Positions 50,164 to 62,660 of a stretch of DNA of 64,000 nt are shown piece by piece. The DNA lies in NCBI RefSeq assembly GCF_006345805.1, contig NC_043010.1, positions 14,942,001-15,006,000 of the forward strand, given 5' to 3'. This DNA is from Octopus sinensis (lineage: Eukaryota). Within the stretch, counting starts at the first letter, position 1; each line of letters begins with the position of its first letter. Under the pieces are notes generated by a model, which made no database searches, was not told the DNA's origin, and worked only from the letters and a program-made list of their open reading frames with translations. The position numbers were made by a program, and so were the translations under genes.

Positions 50164-50722
50164 GAATGCCCTGATGCAGTACCAGGCAATCGCTCTAATG
50201 GCTTCTGATCTTAACTGATTGGAAGTGTTATCATGTACATTGTTTTGTCTTGGTATAAAAGATGGGCTACAGCAAATATTCTGCTCAACACCACAGATTT
50301 GCTTGTCAGTTGTTTGACCTTAACCAGTTCAGCATGTCCCTTAGTGGCTGACGATATGTGCATCTCTGATCACGAGCAGAAGTAGTGGGGGAGCATCATA
50401 GCCATGTGTTGAGAGGGATTCTTTGGGGTTTGAATAATTAATCTCTGGAAACATGGGTGTTTCGTTCAACATCCTTAAACAACCCTTATTCAGGGACCTT
50501 TTGACTGGGATGGGCTACTCCACCAGAAGAAAATTCTAAATGGGCCCCACCTGCAAGGTCATGCGCTGTTTATCTTGATATGAGATCACCATGTCGCGAA
50601 CATATGGTTGTGATGCATATGCCTGGTGTATCCTTATCAGACGGGTAGTCATGATGGGTATATTGGGCTTCGTATATTTTACTCCGGTGTCACTTTGATG
50701 GCATGAACTGCTCTCTCACTCA
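50164..50722 (+). mobile_element. Family D, longest copy, between two (TAA)n arrays
   Basis: Homologous to 24754-25251 and 25332-25780; ends CTCTCTCACTC-(AAT)n. Confidence 0.8.
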
Positions 50723-50800
50723 ATAATAATAATAATAATAATAATAAAATAATAATAATAATAATAATAATAATAATTAATTATTATTATTATTATTTTA

Positions 50801-50884
<84 letters not shown>

Positions 50885-51544
50885 ATTATTATTGTTTCTG
50901 ATTTAAGTACAAGGTCTGCAGATGATGGCGTGATGATGATGGTGAAGGTGTATGAAGCTGTTGATGAAGATGCTATTGTTGTTGTTGTTGAGGTCGATGA
51001 TACTGATGATGATGAAAAATATGATGAGGACCATCATAACTAGCCCTTCTAAAGTTTTAACAAGCTTTTTACTGTCATAATAACACAGGAGAACTGTAAT
51101 CACTATAAAAATATCCTGTTTCCCGAAGAGGAGAACGATGGCTCTTATGGCTGTGAAGATCCATTACAGATCAGCAAAGCCATAATTAAAGCCTTTGGAA
51201 GTAGAAGAAGGGTATGGACAGGGTTAGTATTGACCATTTATAGGTATTTGATAGTGTTCTTCACACGTAGATCCTGGAGATGTTAGACGTGACGTAGCAG
51301 CAATAATGAGCAGATGCATTAAACATGTCATCGATAAATGGAAAGCGATTCTGCAAATACAAATGAAGGGAGTGTAAACGTTAATCTGCCTTGATTAGTA
51401 AAAGCAATATTCCGAGATCTTGATTAGGAAAACGATTGTCCCTTATCTACTTCCTTCCGCTGTTGTTCTAAAACCTTTTAACCAACCTGCTAAAGAAGAT
51501 TGGCCTCTGATACAAGTACTATGAAAAGTAATAGGTAATCATTT

Positions 51545-51953
51545 ACTCTTTGACTCTTTTACTTGTTTCAGTCATTTGACTGCGGCCATGCTGGAGCACC
51601 GCCTTTAGTCGAGCAAATCGACCCCCAGGACTTATTCATTGTAAGCCCAGTACTTATTCTATCGGGCTCCTTTTACTGAACCGCTAAGTTACGGGGACGT
51701 AAACACATCAGCATCGGTTGTCAAGCGATGCTGGGGGCAAACACAGACACACAAACATATACACACACACAATATATATATACATATATACAACAGCTTC
51801 TTTCAGTTTCCGTTTACCAAATCCACTCACAAGGCTTTGGTCGGCCCGAGGCTATAGTAGAAGGCACTTGCCCAAGGTGCCACGCAGTGGGACTGAACCC
51901 GGAGACATGTGGCTCGTAAGCGAGCAACTTACCACACAGCCACTCCTACGCCT
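51545..51953 (-). mobile_element. SINE family B, full length
   Basis: Reverse-complement match from head to tail. Confidence 0.92.
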
Positions 51954-53010
51954 GTATATGAAAGATCTGAATTGATGAATAAATACAAACACTGCTACAA
52001 ATATTACATAGACTTATTTGAAGAACTGGTGGGAGATTTCAAAGTATTCCAAAACATGGGTGGAGGAGAGAGAAAGAAGAGAGAGAGAGAGATATATATA
52101 TTTAAGAGAATTCAATCAAAAAGCGAAATTCAAATAATTTTAGTATTTTATTCAGGAGAGAAGGCAGTTCTTCATGACTGGTTACACGGCTTCTAAGACT
52201 GGTGGGAGATTTGAAAGAGCTTATCGTGAAACCCGAGACATTGACCAAGTGCTTGCAACAGAATGGCATCCGCTAAGTGTATCAATGAATTATAAAAGTC
52301 TACAACAGACCCGGGCTTACTACTATCGTCACCGCTATCTCTGCAGTTGTTCTTTGTTATTTTTACTTCTTTGTCTCTTCTGCCCTGGATGAACGTTATT
52401 TTTTTCCTACTTTCTCCAATTATTGCATAATTTATACGATAGCTTTATTATCCCAAAGGTCATCACAAGGTTCATGCCCAGGCAAACCTCACTCAACGAT
52501 ATGTTAACTCTGCACCCAACCTCTGCACATACTGTGCCACTAGAGCAATAACGAGTCAATGGTCTCCATCAGAAATATCTGGCTATAACTTTTGCTTTTC
52601 ATCTCACCATACACATTTGCATCAATCTAAAGGTAACAGTGTGGAGCTTGTGATCGGCTGTTTTGACGTCTCCTCTTCGGTCTTAAAACTCAGACGCACA
52701 CACTTCCTTATGGCCTCCCTCGATGTGGTACATATTGTATCTCGACCTGAGATTCTTCAAACTACTTACAGGGAATATAATAATCTCTCAGAGTTCTCGA
52801 AAACTTGAGATATTTTATATCCTTTCGTACCATTTACTCCATGAAATCGATGAACAAAAATGCTCGCACTTTTGAGGAATGTCTCTCCCATGACATGAAC
52901 CAGTGAGAAAGTCATTAATTGTATTTTATCACGGAGAAAATTTTCTTGCTATAGTCAAATAGTTGTAAACATACCAAGTTAGTCGGAGCGTCTACTACTG
53001 AGATTAATAA

Positions 53011-53048
53011 ATGTATGCATTTCCGAGTAGCTATCTCCTCTTCAGCAT
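53011..53048 (-). ncRNA. Minimal hammerhead ribozyme, one mismatch at the 10.1-11.1 pair
   Basis: Minus strand ATG-CTGAAGA-GGAG-atagcta-CTCG-GAAA-TGCA-TA-CAT. Confidence 0.6.
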
Positions 53049-53482
53049 CAGACACTAGAAGTGAGAGGTGTTACGGAGAGACAAATAGTAAATTTCTCTT
53101 ATTGTATTCCACTCAGCTAATCGGTGGCTCAGCGGTAGTCAAACACGGAATAGAAATGCCAGGCTACGAAGGGTGGCAATGTAACTTGTTACCAGTTCAA
53201 ATATACTTGATGCATATTAGAACCATTAAGAAAGAGATTAACTGTATTTTGCCATGGAAAAGATTTCTTGCGGTTCACAAACAGATATCAACACACCAAG
53301 TCAGTTCGAAGCAGGTCCTACACAAACTGATAGATTTATGAATTTCGGAATGTATATATATATGTATACAACCATTCTTCCCTACATATACGTGTGTTCA
53401 TACATATGTATGTATGTATATATATATATGTGTGCGTGTGTGTATGAGTGTGTGTGTGTGTGTACGTGTGTGTGAGTGTATC

Positions 53483-53523
<41 letters not shown>

Positions 53524-53529
<6 letters not shown>

Positions 53530-54653
53530 AACTAAAGTCATTGAACAAGCAAATACAAAGTCAACCGCCTGTCATTTCATAATTCGAACATTTAATTATA
53601 GAATAAACATATAACCCGCAAGATGGAACAAAATTCATATATACAGCACGTAATAATAATAATAATATATGGTATGGTGCGAGAAAAATTCTTATCATTA
53701 AAAATTTAGAATTAATATTTTAGCGATTCAAAGAGAATACATTTATAAAAGACGTAGAAGGTAAAATATAATATAAGTAATATATAAAAATATATAGGTA
53801 TATAAAAATATAGGCATATAAAAATATATAAATATATATAAAACATATATAAATATATTTCAGGGGTGTATTATGTTTAAAGCACTAGGGTGCATTCAGA
53901 CAATACCTCCTTCGTCAGGGGAAAAAATATACATAAACGCAAAGATAGCCATCACGCACCAGGCCCGTACGGTGTTGTTTGCTTTCCCACTTTGGTATTC
54001 ATGCACTGATAGCCCAAAAGAAAAGCAGTGAAGAATTTTTTTCTTTTACTTTTAAAGCAGTAGAGGAAGCGGTAAAAAAAAAAAAAATTCAAATCAAATT
54101 AATTCCAATTAATTAAAATTGAACCAAGTTGACTTAAAAAGAGTCTCCGTGGTTTCAAATCCTGCAAAACTTAAATACTTTTATTTTTCAATTTATTTAC
54201 TTTCTATATACTCAAAAAGAATGGGTTTACTTAACTAAATTAAACTGAATTAATTGGGTTAAAATTAAATTAAATTAAATTGAGCCTTCGAGGTTTCAAA
54301 TCCTGCAATATCTAAGCTAGTTATTTTTATTTTTTTACAACTTATCTTTTCGTAAATCCATTACTTACTACAATTTATTTTATTCCTGTAGATTTTGGGC
54401 TATCAGTGCTATGAATACCAAAGTGGGAAAGCAAACAACACCGTACGGGCCTGGTGCGTGATGGCTATCTTTGCGTTTATATATATTTTTTCCCCTGACG
54501 AAGGAGGTATTATCTGAATGCACCCTAGTGCTTTAAACATAATACACCCCTGAAATGGCCATAGGGATAAGTAAACATTTCCTTCTTATATATAAGGCTT
54601 ATTTTACCTGATTAGGATTTCTAAACGATGAACATTATTTTACTTTATTTACA

Positions 54654-54696
<43 letters not shown>

Positions 54697-55051
54697 TTTT
54701 TATATGCTCCTATATGTAAATATATTTATATATGTTTTATATATATTTATATATTTTTATATGCCTATATTTTTATATACCTATATATTTTTATATATTA
54801 CTTATATTATATTTTACCTTCTACGTCTTTTATAAATGTATTCTCTTTGAATCGCTAAAATATTAATTCGAAATTTTTAATGATAAGAATTTTTCTCGCA
54901 CCATACCATATATTATTATTATTACGTGCTGTATATATGAATTTTGTTCCATCTTGCGGGTTATATGTTTATTCTATAATTAAATGTTCGAATTATGAAA
55001 TGACAGGCGGTTGACTTTGTATTTGCTTGTTCAATGACTTTAGTTTGATAT
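53524..55051. repeat. Nested inverted repeats (about 1.5 kb) around a pLTR-like segment
   Basis: A 53524-53860 / A' 54718-55051 (one mismatch seen); B 53857-54019 / B' 54393-54556 (about 3 differences). Confidence 0.93.
54491..54567 (+). ncRNA. Type-I hammerhead ribozyme, intact core, extended stem II
   Basis: TCCC-CTGACGA-A-GGAGGTATTAT...ATAATACACCCCT-GAAA-TGGCCA-TA-GGGA; predicted cleavage after 54563. Confidence 0.75.
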
Positions 55052-55133
55052 TTTTGTCTCTTCCAATAGAGCACTTCTATTGCAGTCCTATTAAACCATT
55101 TTTTGTTCCTGACAAGAAACAATTATTGTATCG

Positions 55134-55188
<55 letters not shown>

Positions 55189-55359
55189 ATGTGTGTGTAT
55201 ATCTATAAATATACACTTGTTTGTGTATAAATGTATCTACAAGTGTACGCGACCGACAGTCTATCTATGCGGGTGTGTATGTTAGGGTGAGGAAAAATAA
55301 AACAGAAAACAAAAGTTAGAAAGGATGTGAAAAGATTAAAAAGAAAACGAAGAAACGAA

Positions 55360-55774
55360 GTGATGGAAGAAGAAGGAGAAGAAGAAAGAGGAAGAAGAAG
55401 AAAAAGGAAACGAAGAAGAAGAAGAAGAATAAGAAGAAGAAGAAGAAGAAGAGGCAGAAGAAGAAGAAGAAGAAGAAGTAGAGATAGAAGAAGAAGAAGT
55501 AGAAGTAGAAGGAGAAGAAGAAGAAGAGGCATAAGAAGAAGAAGAAGAAGGAAAAGAAGAAGAAGAAGAAGAAAAAGGAAAAGAAGAAGAAGAAGGAGAG
55601 GTAGAAGAAGAAGAAGAGGTAGAAGAAGTAGAAGAAGAATAAAAAGAAGAAGAAGAATTAGAATTAGAAGAAGAAGAAGAAGAAGAAGAAGAAGAAGAAT
55701 TAGAATTAGAAGAAGAAGAAGAAGAAGAAGAAAAAGGAAAAGAAAAGAAGAAGAAGAAGAAGAAGAAGAAGAAG

Positions 55775-55805
<31 letters not shown>

Positions 55806-55860
55806 GGAAGGGAAAGACGAGGAGGAGGTGGAATACGAGAAAGGAGGAGGAGGAGGAGGA
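55360..55860. repeat. (GAA)n array
   Basis: Direct reading. Confidence 0.95.
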
Positions 55861-56029
55861 AAAGTAAGAAGAATAATGAAATATTGACAAGGTGTCCCTA
55901 ATGTCGTTACCGAAGCGGCTTAATGACCAAATTACGAAGCAAGGATGGGAATTCCACAGAAATAGCGAAAGGAATAAAACAAATAAACAACGATGTCATT
56001 AAATACACCATTTCGTCAACATCATAATC

Positions 56030-56041
56030 ACAATCACCACC

Positions 56042-56072
<31 letters not shown>

Positions 56073-56239
56073 CATCTCCATCATCGTCATCCTCGACATC
56101 GTTCTGTTCTTCATGATCATCATTATCACCTTGGTCGTGTTCTCATCATTAGCATGAGGACGATGATGATGGTCATCATGGTTATCACCGTAATCCTCGT
56201 CGTCGTCGTCGTCATCATCATCATCATAATCGTCATCAT

Positions 56240-56270
<31 letters not shown>

Positions 56271-56619
56271 ATCATCTTCATCATCATCATCATCGTCACC
56301 ATCGTCATCATCATCTTCGTCATCATCATCATCATCATCATCATCATCGTCACCATCGTCATCATCATCTTCGTCATCATCATCATCATCATCGTCGTCG
56401 TCGTCGTCGTCATCATCATCATCCTCATAATCATCATCGTCGTCGTCATCATTATCCTCATCATCATCATCATCATCATCATGACCGTCATCATGACCGT
56501 CGTCATCATCATCATCATAATCATCATCATCATCATCATCGTCACCATCGTCATCATCATCATCATCATGATCGTCATCATCATCATCATCATCATCATC
56601 GTCGTCGTCATCATCATCG

Positions 56620-56668
<49 letters not shown>

Positions 56669-56859
56669 AACCGTCATCATCATCATCATCATCATCATCA
56701 TCGTTGTCGTCCTCGTCATCTTCATCATCATCATCATCATCGTCACGATCGTCATCATCGTCATCATCACCAGCCAAATTTATAAAGAAAAAATGTAACG
56801 ATGAAGGTAACCTTGAAAAGCCCAATAATGCACAAGAAACTACAACACCACCGACAACG

Positions 56860-56897
<38 letters not shown>

Positions 56898-57160
56898 TAA
56901 ATATAGCAGTAACTCAGTATGAGCAACAACAGGAGTATGAAGCAAACCATTAATACCACCACCACCACCACCACCACCACCACCACCACCACCACCACCG
57001 CCGCACCACCCCCACCACCACCACACCACCACCACCACCTCCACCACCACCACACCACCACCACCACCACCACCACCACCACCACACCACCGCCACCACC
57101 ACCACCAACCACCACCACCACCACCACCACCACCACCACCCACCACCACCACCACCACAC
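56030..57160. repeat. (CAT/CGT)n, (CAA)n and (CAC)n arrays
   Basis: Direct reading; source of the 362-aa poly-D/G ORF. Confidence 0.95.
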
Positions 57161-57309
57161 CACCACCACCACCACTATTACAACTACTTCTATAATAACT
57201 ACTGATGCCTCAGATTTTGTTGCTATTACTGGTGTTGCTGCTACTGCTACTCCTGCTGCTGCTTCTTCTAATGACGATAATATAATAAAATAGTAATCAG
57301 AATTCTTCG

Positions 57310-57510
57310 TAATTTATGAAACAAGGCCAGAAGTTCTGTTTGGAGGTGTGGAGGTACGGAGGAAGTCGATTTACATTGGCTTGTACTTTATTTTATTGAA
57401 CTCAAATTCAGGAATGATAAGGTTAACCTCAGAATTCTTTGAACTCAGAACAATAAGAACTAGAAGAAATGCCGTTTTGTCCGACGCCCTAACGATTCTG
57501 TCACTTTTTC
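57310..57510 (-). mobile_element. Highly degenerate SINE C-related copy
   Basis: ACAAGGCCAGAAG tail, AGTCGATTTACAT, TTTGAACTCAGAAC, CCTAACGATTCTG remnants. Confidence 0.5.
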
Positions 57511-57518
57511 CACCCCTG

Positions 57519-57581
<63 letters not shown>

Positions 57582-57594
57582 TAATAATAATAAT

Positions 57595-57924
57595 AGAATT
57601 TTGAGAAACTCTCAAAATACAAAGACCTGGAAATAGAGGTAACTAGAATGTGGAACCTGAAAACAGAAACAATTCCTATCATAGTAGGTGCATTAGGCAT
57701 GATAAAAAAATATTCAGACAAATACATAACAAAAACACCAGGACTTACAAACACATATAACATACAGAAAATTGCACTACTAGGCACTGCACACATCCTA
57801 TGCAGAACACTTTCCATACAATAACCATCAGAGCATCACAACAAATCACAGCACATACTTAAGGCACACAGAGCTGCGCTCGGTGGTGAAGTGAAAGCAC
57901 GCTATAAAAATAAAACTACTGAAC
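57595..57924 (+). mobile_element. R4/Dong-like 3' end, family F1, in (TAA)n
   Basis: FEKLSKYKDLEIEVTRMWNLKTETIPIIVGALGMIKK...IQKIALLGTAHILCRTLSIQ* plus 3'UTR. Confidence 0.9.
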
Positions 57925-57994
<70 letters not shown>

Positions 57995-57995
57995 T

Positions 57996-58395
57996 AAATA
58001 TATAGATCTTGAAATAGAAATCAGCAAAATGTGGAACCTGAAGACTAAAACAGTATCTGTTGCCATAGGTGTCCTGGGAATGATAGCAAAAGGGGCTGAT
58101 TGCTACCTAACTCAGATACTAGGAAACCCAAAAATGACAGAAATTCAAAAGATAGTGCTCATGGGAACTGCTCAAATCCTACGCAAAATACTTCCTATGT
58201 AATCTCAAGTTTTAAAACAAACATAATTTTCGTATGTTTTGTTTTTAGACATTCACTAGTACAACACTAAGTACAAAACCAAATATATGGCACCCTAGCC
58301 ATAACACCAACACGAACTTCCAACTTGTTGTCTCTTGAGATCTCTGGGTGAGACTTGGAGCCAGCTCGTGCAAATGTAAAGCAAAAGTTAAACAC

Positions 58396-58396
<1 letters not shown>
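57996..58396 (+). mobile_element. R4/Dong-like 3' end, family F2, in (TAA)n
   Basis: KYIDLEIEISKMWNLKTKTVSVAIGVLGMIAKG...IQKIVLMGTAQILRKILPM* plus a different 3'UTR. Confidence 0.9.
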
Positions 58397-58432
<36 letters not shown>

Positions 58433-58489
58433 ATAATAATATAATAATAATAATAATAATAATAATAACGATAATAATAATAATAATAA

Positions 58490-58540
<51 letters not shown>

Positions 58541-58680
58541 GATAATAATAATAATAATAATAATAATATAATAATAATAATAATAATAATATAACGATAA
58601 TAATAATAATAATAATAATAATATAATAATAATAATAATATAATAATATAATAACGATAATAATAATAATAATAATAATA

Positions 58681-58948
58681 AGATCGGATATGGAGCCTAA
58701 AAACAGGAACAATTCCTATAATAGTAGGCGCATTGGGTATGATAAAATAATATTCAGACAAATACATAACAAAAACACCAGGACTAACATACAGAAAATT
58801 ATACTAGTATACACCGCACACATCCTATGTAAACCACTTTCAATACAGTAAAAATAAGAGCATCACAACAAACCAAAGCACATACCCATGACACAGAGAG
58901 CTGCGCTCGGTAGTGCAGTGAAGCACGTGATAAAAATAAGACTAGTGA
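58681..58948 (+). mobile_element. R4/Dong-like 3' end, family F1, second copy
   Basis: Homologous to 57650-57924; 3'UTR GAGCTGCGCTCGGTAGTG shared. Confidence 0.88.
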
Positions 58949-58969
58949 ATGATGATGATGACGATGATA

Positions 58970-59001
<32 letters not shown>

Positions 59002-59007
59002 AATAAT

Positions 59008-59067
<60 letters not shown>

Positions 59068-59120
59068 AATAATAATAATAATAAGAAGAAGAAGAAGAAG
59101 AAGAAAAAGAAGAAGAAGAA

Positions 59121-59520
59121 GAAATAGAAATAGAAATCAGCAAAATGTGGAACCTGAAGACTAAAGCAATACTTGTTGTCATAGATGCCCTGGGAATGAT
59201 AGCAAAAGGGGATGATCGCTACCTAACTGAGATACCAGGAAACCCCAAAATAGCAGAAATTCAAAAGATGGGAACTGCTCATATCCTACGCAAAATACTT
59301 TCTATGTAACCTCAAGTTTTAAAACAAACATAACTTTTTTAAAACAAACATAAGGTTGTTTTTTTAGGCATTCACTAGTACAACACTAAATACATAACCA
59401 AATATATGGCACACTAGGCATAACAACAATACGAACTTCCAACCTGTTACCTCTTGCGGTCTCTGGGTGAGACTTGGAGCCAACTTGTACAAATATAAAG
59501 CAAAAGTCAAACATAGAATA
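59121..59520 (+). mobile_element. R4/Dong-like 3' end, family F2, second copy
   Basis: Homologous to 58011-58396; shared CTCTGGGTGAGACTTGGAGCC 3'UTR. Confidence 0.88.
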
Positions 59521-59700
59521 ATTGATTGATTGATTCTAGCTTCAGCCCATGAGCTGTGGCCATGCTGGGGCACAATAATAATCCTTTCTGCATTTGGCAC
59601 AAGATCTGAAATTTTGGAGAGAGGGGATGTTACATTGACATCAATGCTCAAATGATATCTGTTTCATCGACCCCGAAAGGTTGCGAGGTAAATTTGACAA
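59521..59700 (-). mobile_element. Degenerate SINE fragments (C-related core; GTGCCCCAGCATGGCCACAGC tail; (TCAA)n)
   Basis: ATCGACCCCGAAAGG core and GGCACAAGATCTGAAATTT tail variant. Confidence 0.55.
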
Positions 59701-59899
59701 ACGGCGGAAATACTTTCACCAGCAAGAAAACCAACAAGAAAATTGAACGACGGAATTATATAGAAAAATTAAGTAATGTCACCAATTACAACTAATTTGT
59801 GTTGTCAAGGAGATGAGCAACAAATGGAGTAAAACAATGAAGAAAAAACAACTTTTATCGACAGTAAAAAAACGGTTATAGCATTGCAAGTATAATAAC

Positions 59900-60170
59900 A
59901 TCAACAACACAGGCAATAGCAACAATAACAACGACAACAACGCCAATAATGACGATGGTGATAATGATAATAATAATTATGATGATGATGATGACGATGA
60001 CGATGATTATGATTATGACGTATATGATGATGGTGATTAATAATAATAATAACAAAGACAATAATGATGATGATGATGATGATGATAACAGCAACGACGA
60101 TGACGAGAAGAAGAAGAAGAACAACAACAACCACAATAATAATAATATAATAATGATGATAATAATAATA

Positions 60171-60220
<50 letters not shown>

Positions 60221-60322
60221 ATAAAATAATAATAATAATAATAATAATAATTTTAATGATAATAATGATAATAAAATAATAATAATAATGATAATAATAA
60301 GATAATAATAATAATAATAATG

Positions 60323-60355
<33 letters not shown>

Positions 60356-60477
60356 TAATAATAATATGATAATAATAATAATAATGATAATAATGATAAT
60401 AATAATAATAATAATAATATAATAATAATAATAATAATAATAAATAATAAAAATAATAACAATAATAATAATAATGA

Positions 60478-60509
<32 letters not shown>

Positions 60510-60515
60510 ATGATG

Positions 60516-60587
<72 letters not shown>

Positions 60588-61563
60588 TAATAATAATAAT
60601 ATCATACTGCAAAGAGCTAAGAGAAAGAAAACAGCAGAAAGAAATTGGTAATAACAGTGCCAATAACAAAGGTTACAACAACGACAACAACAACAACGAC
60701 AACAACAACAACAACAGCAACATCAGCATCATTACTAAAAGAAGCTGAAATTAGTACGAATACAAATAATATAAACATCGGCAACGAGGATAAAACTAGC
60801 AACAGGAAAAATAAAAATAGTAGCAAAAATATAAAGGATAAAAAATGCAAAGAAAAAACAAGCAACAATAAGCAGCGACAACGCTGAATTATGCAAAATA
60901 GTAATATAAACAATAACATCAGCAACAACAACAAAATTGATATTGAAAACACAAATCCATAACAACAACAGCAACAAATGACAACTGTTATAACATATGC
61001 AACAACGTAAACGAGAGCAAAAGTAGAAAGCAAAAACAGTGATGGTAAACATCAACAATAACAACTACAAGAAGAAGGAGAAGTGGAAGAAGAAGAACTA
61101 CGAAGAAGGAGAAGAAGAAGAAGAAGAAGAAAAAGAGGAAGAAGAAGGAGAGGTAAGAAGAAGAAGAAAAGAAATAGGAAGAAGAACAAGAAAGAAGAAG
61201 AACTAGAGAGAGGAGAAAAGAAAAGAAAGAAGAAGAAAAGAAGAGGAAAGAGAAGAAAGGGGGAAGAAAGAAGAAGAGAAGAACACCTAAAGAGAATCAA
61301 GAAGAAGAAGAAGAAGAAGAGAGACCAAGAAGAAGAAGAAAAAGAAGAAGAAGAAGACAAAGAGGAAGAAAGAAGAGGAACACAAAATAAGAAGAAGAAC
61401 AAATAATAAATGAAGAAACGAAACAATAAGAGAACAAGAACTGAAGAATAAGAAAAGAAGAAAAGAGAAGAAGAGAAGAAGAAGAAAGAAGAAGGGTAGA
61501 CGGCAACAACAACAATAATATTTATGATAATGATGATGATTGGTCTTGGTGATATCAATAATA

Positions 61564-61594
<31 letters not shown>

Positions 61595-61633
61595 CCATGA
61601 TCATGATGAAGATGCTACTACTACTACTACTGC

Positions 61634-61668
<35 letters not shown>

Positions 61669-61736
61669 TTAATAATAATGATAACAATAATAATAATAAT
61701 AATAATAATATGGATGATGATGATGATAATAATAAC

Positions 61737-61792
<56 letters not shown>

Positions 61793-62169
61793 TAATAATA
61801 ATAAGAAGAATAATGGCAAAAGCTAGGATAACAAAACAACAAGATGAATAAATGGCAGGAAAATAATTAAGATCAAATCCGAAATGTTAGAAACGAGCAT
61901 AAAACAAAAAGCAAGAAGGAATACCAAAATATCAAAATATGAAAGAAAAGAAAACAAAAATAAATAAAACAAAAAACAATGTCAGTAGAACCAAATAATA
62001 GCTACAATTAAAACATCAAAAACGAAAAGGAAGAGGAGGAAGGGGAAGAGGCGGGATGATGACGACGACGACGAGGTCGTAGAGGAAGAAGATGAGGAAA
62101 GGGAAGACGACGACGACGAGGAAGAAGAAGAAGAAGAAGAAGAAGAAGAGAGAGGAGATGAAGGAGAAA

Positions 62170-62224
<55 letters not shown>

Positions 62225-62660
62225 TAATAATAATAAGAGGAAGAAGAAGAAGAAGAAGAAGAAGAAGAAGAAGAAGAAGAAGAAGAAGAAACAGAAGAAG
62301 AAAGAAGGAGGAAGCGAAAGAGAGGGGGAGAGAAGAAGAAACAGAAGTAGAAGGAGGGGAGAGGAAGAAGAAGAAGAAAAAGGGGAAGAATGAGGAGCAG
62401 GAGGAAAAGAAGAAGACGGTGATAACGAAAAGCTGTCGCAACAGTAACAACATTAGTAGCGAAAATAAGGAAAAGAAGAACAAGAACATCAACAACTACA
62501 AAAACAATAACAACAAAAACAACAACAACAATAACAACAACAACAATAACAACAACAACAACAATAATAATACTAATAATAATAATAACAGTAATAGATA
62601 ATACGAAGAAGGATGATGAGGAGGAGGAAGAAGAAGAGAAGAAGATGGATAAGAAGTGTA
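59900..62660. repeat. Mosaic (AAT)n/(GAT)n/(CAA)n/(GAA)n low-complexity block
   Basis: Direct reading. Confidence 0.93.

Noticed and set aside
50345-50380. CTGACGA inside family D
   Set aside because: No stem II, GAAA or UH arrangement follows it.
55327-55890. Arg/Glu-rich 186-aa ORF resembling a protamine or SR protein
   Set aside because: Product of a (GAA)n array; the antisense frame is equally open.
56070-57158. 362-aa ORF (poly-Gly/Val then poly-Asp) and overlapping 214-aa ORFs
   Set aside because: Translations of (CAC)n and (CAT)n arrays that are open in several frames; no non-repetitive domain.
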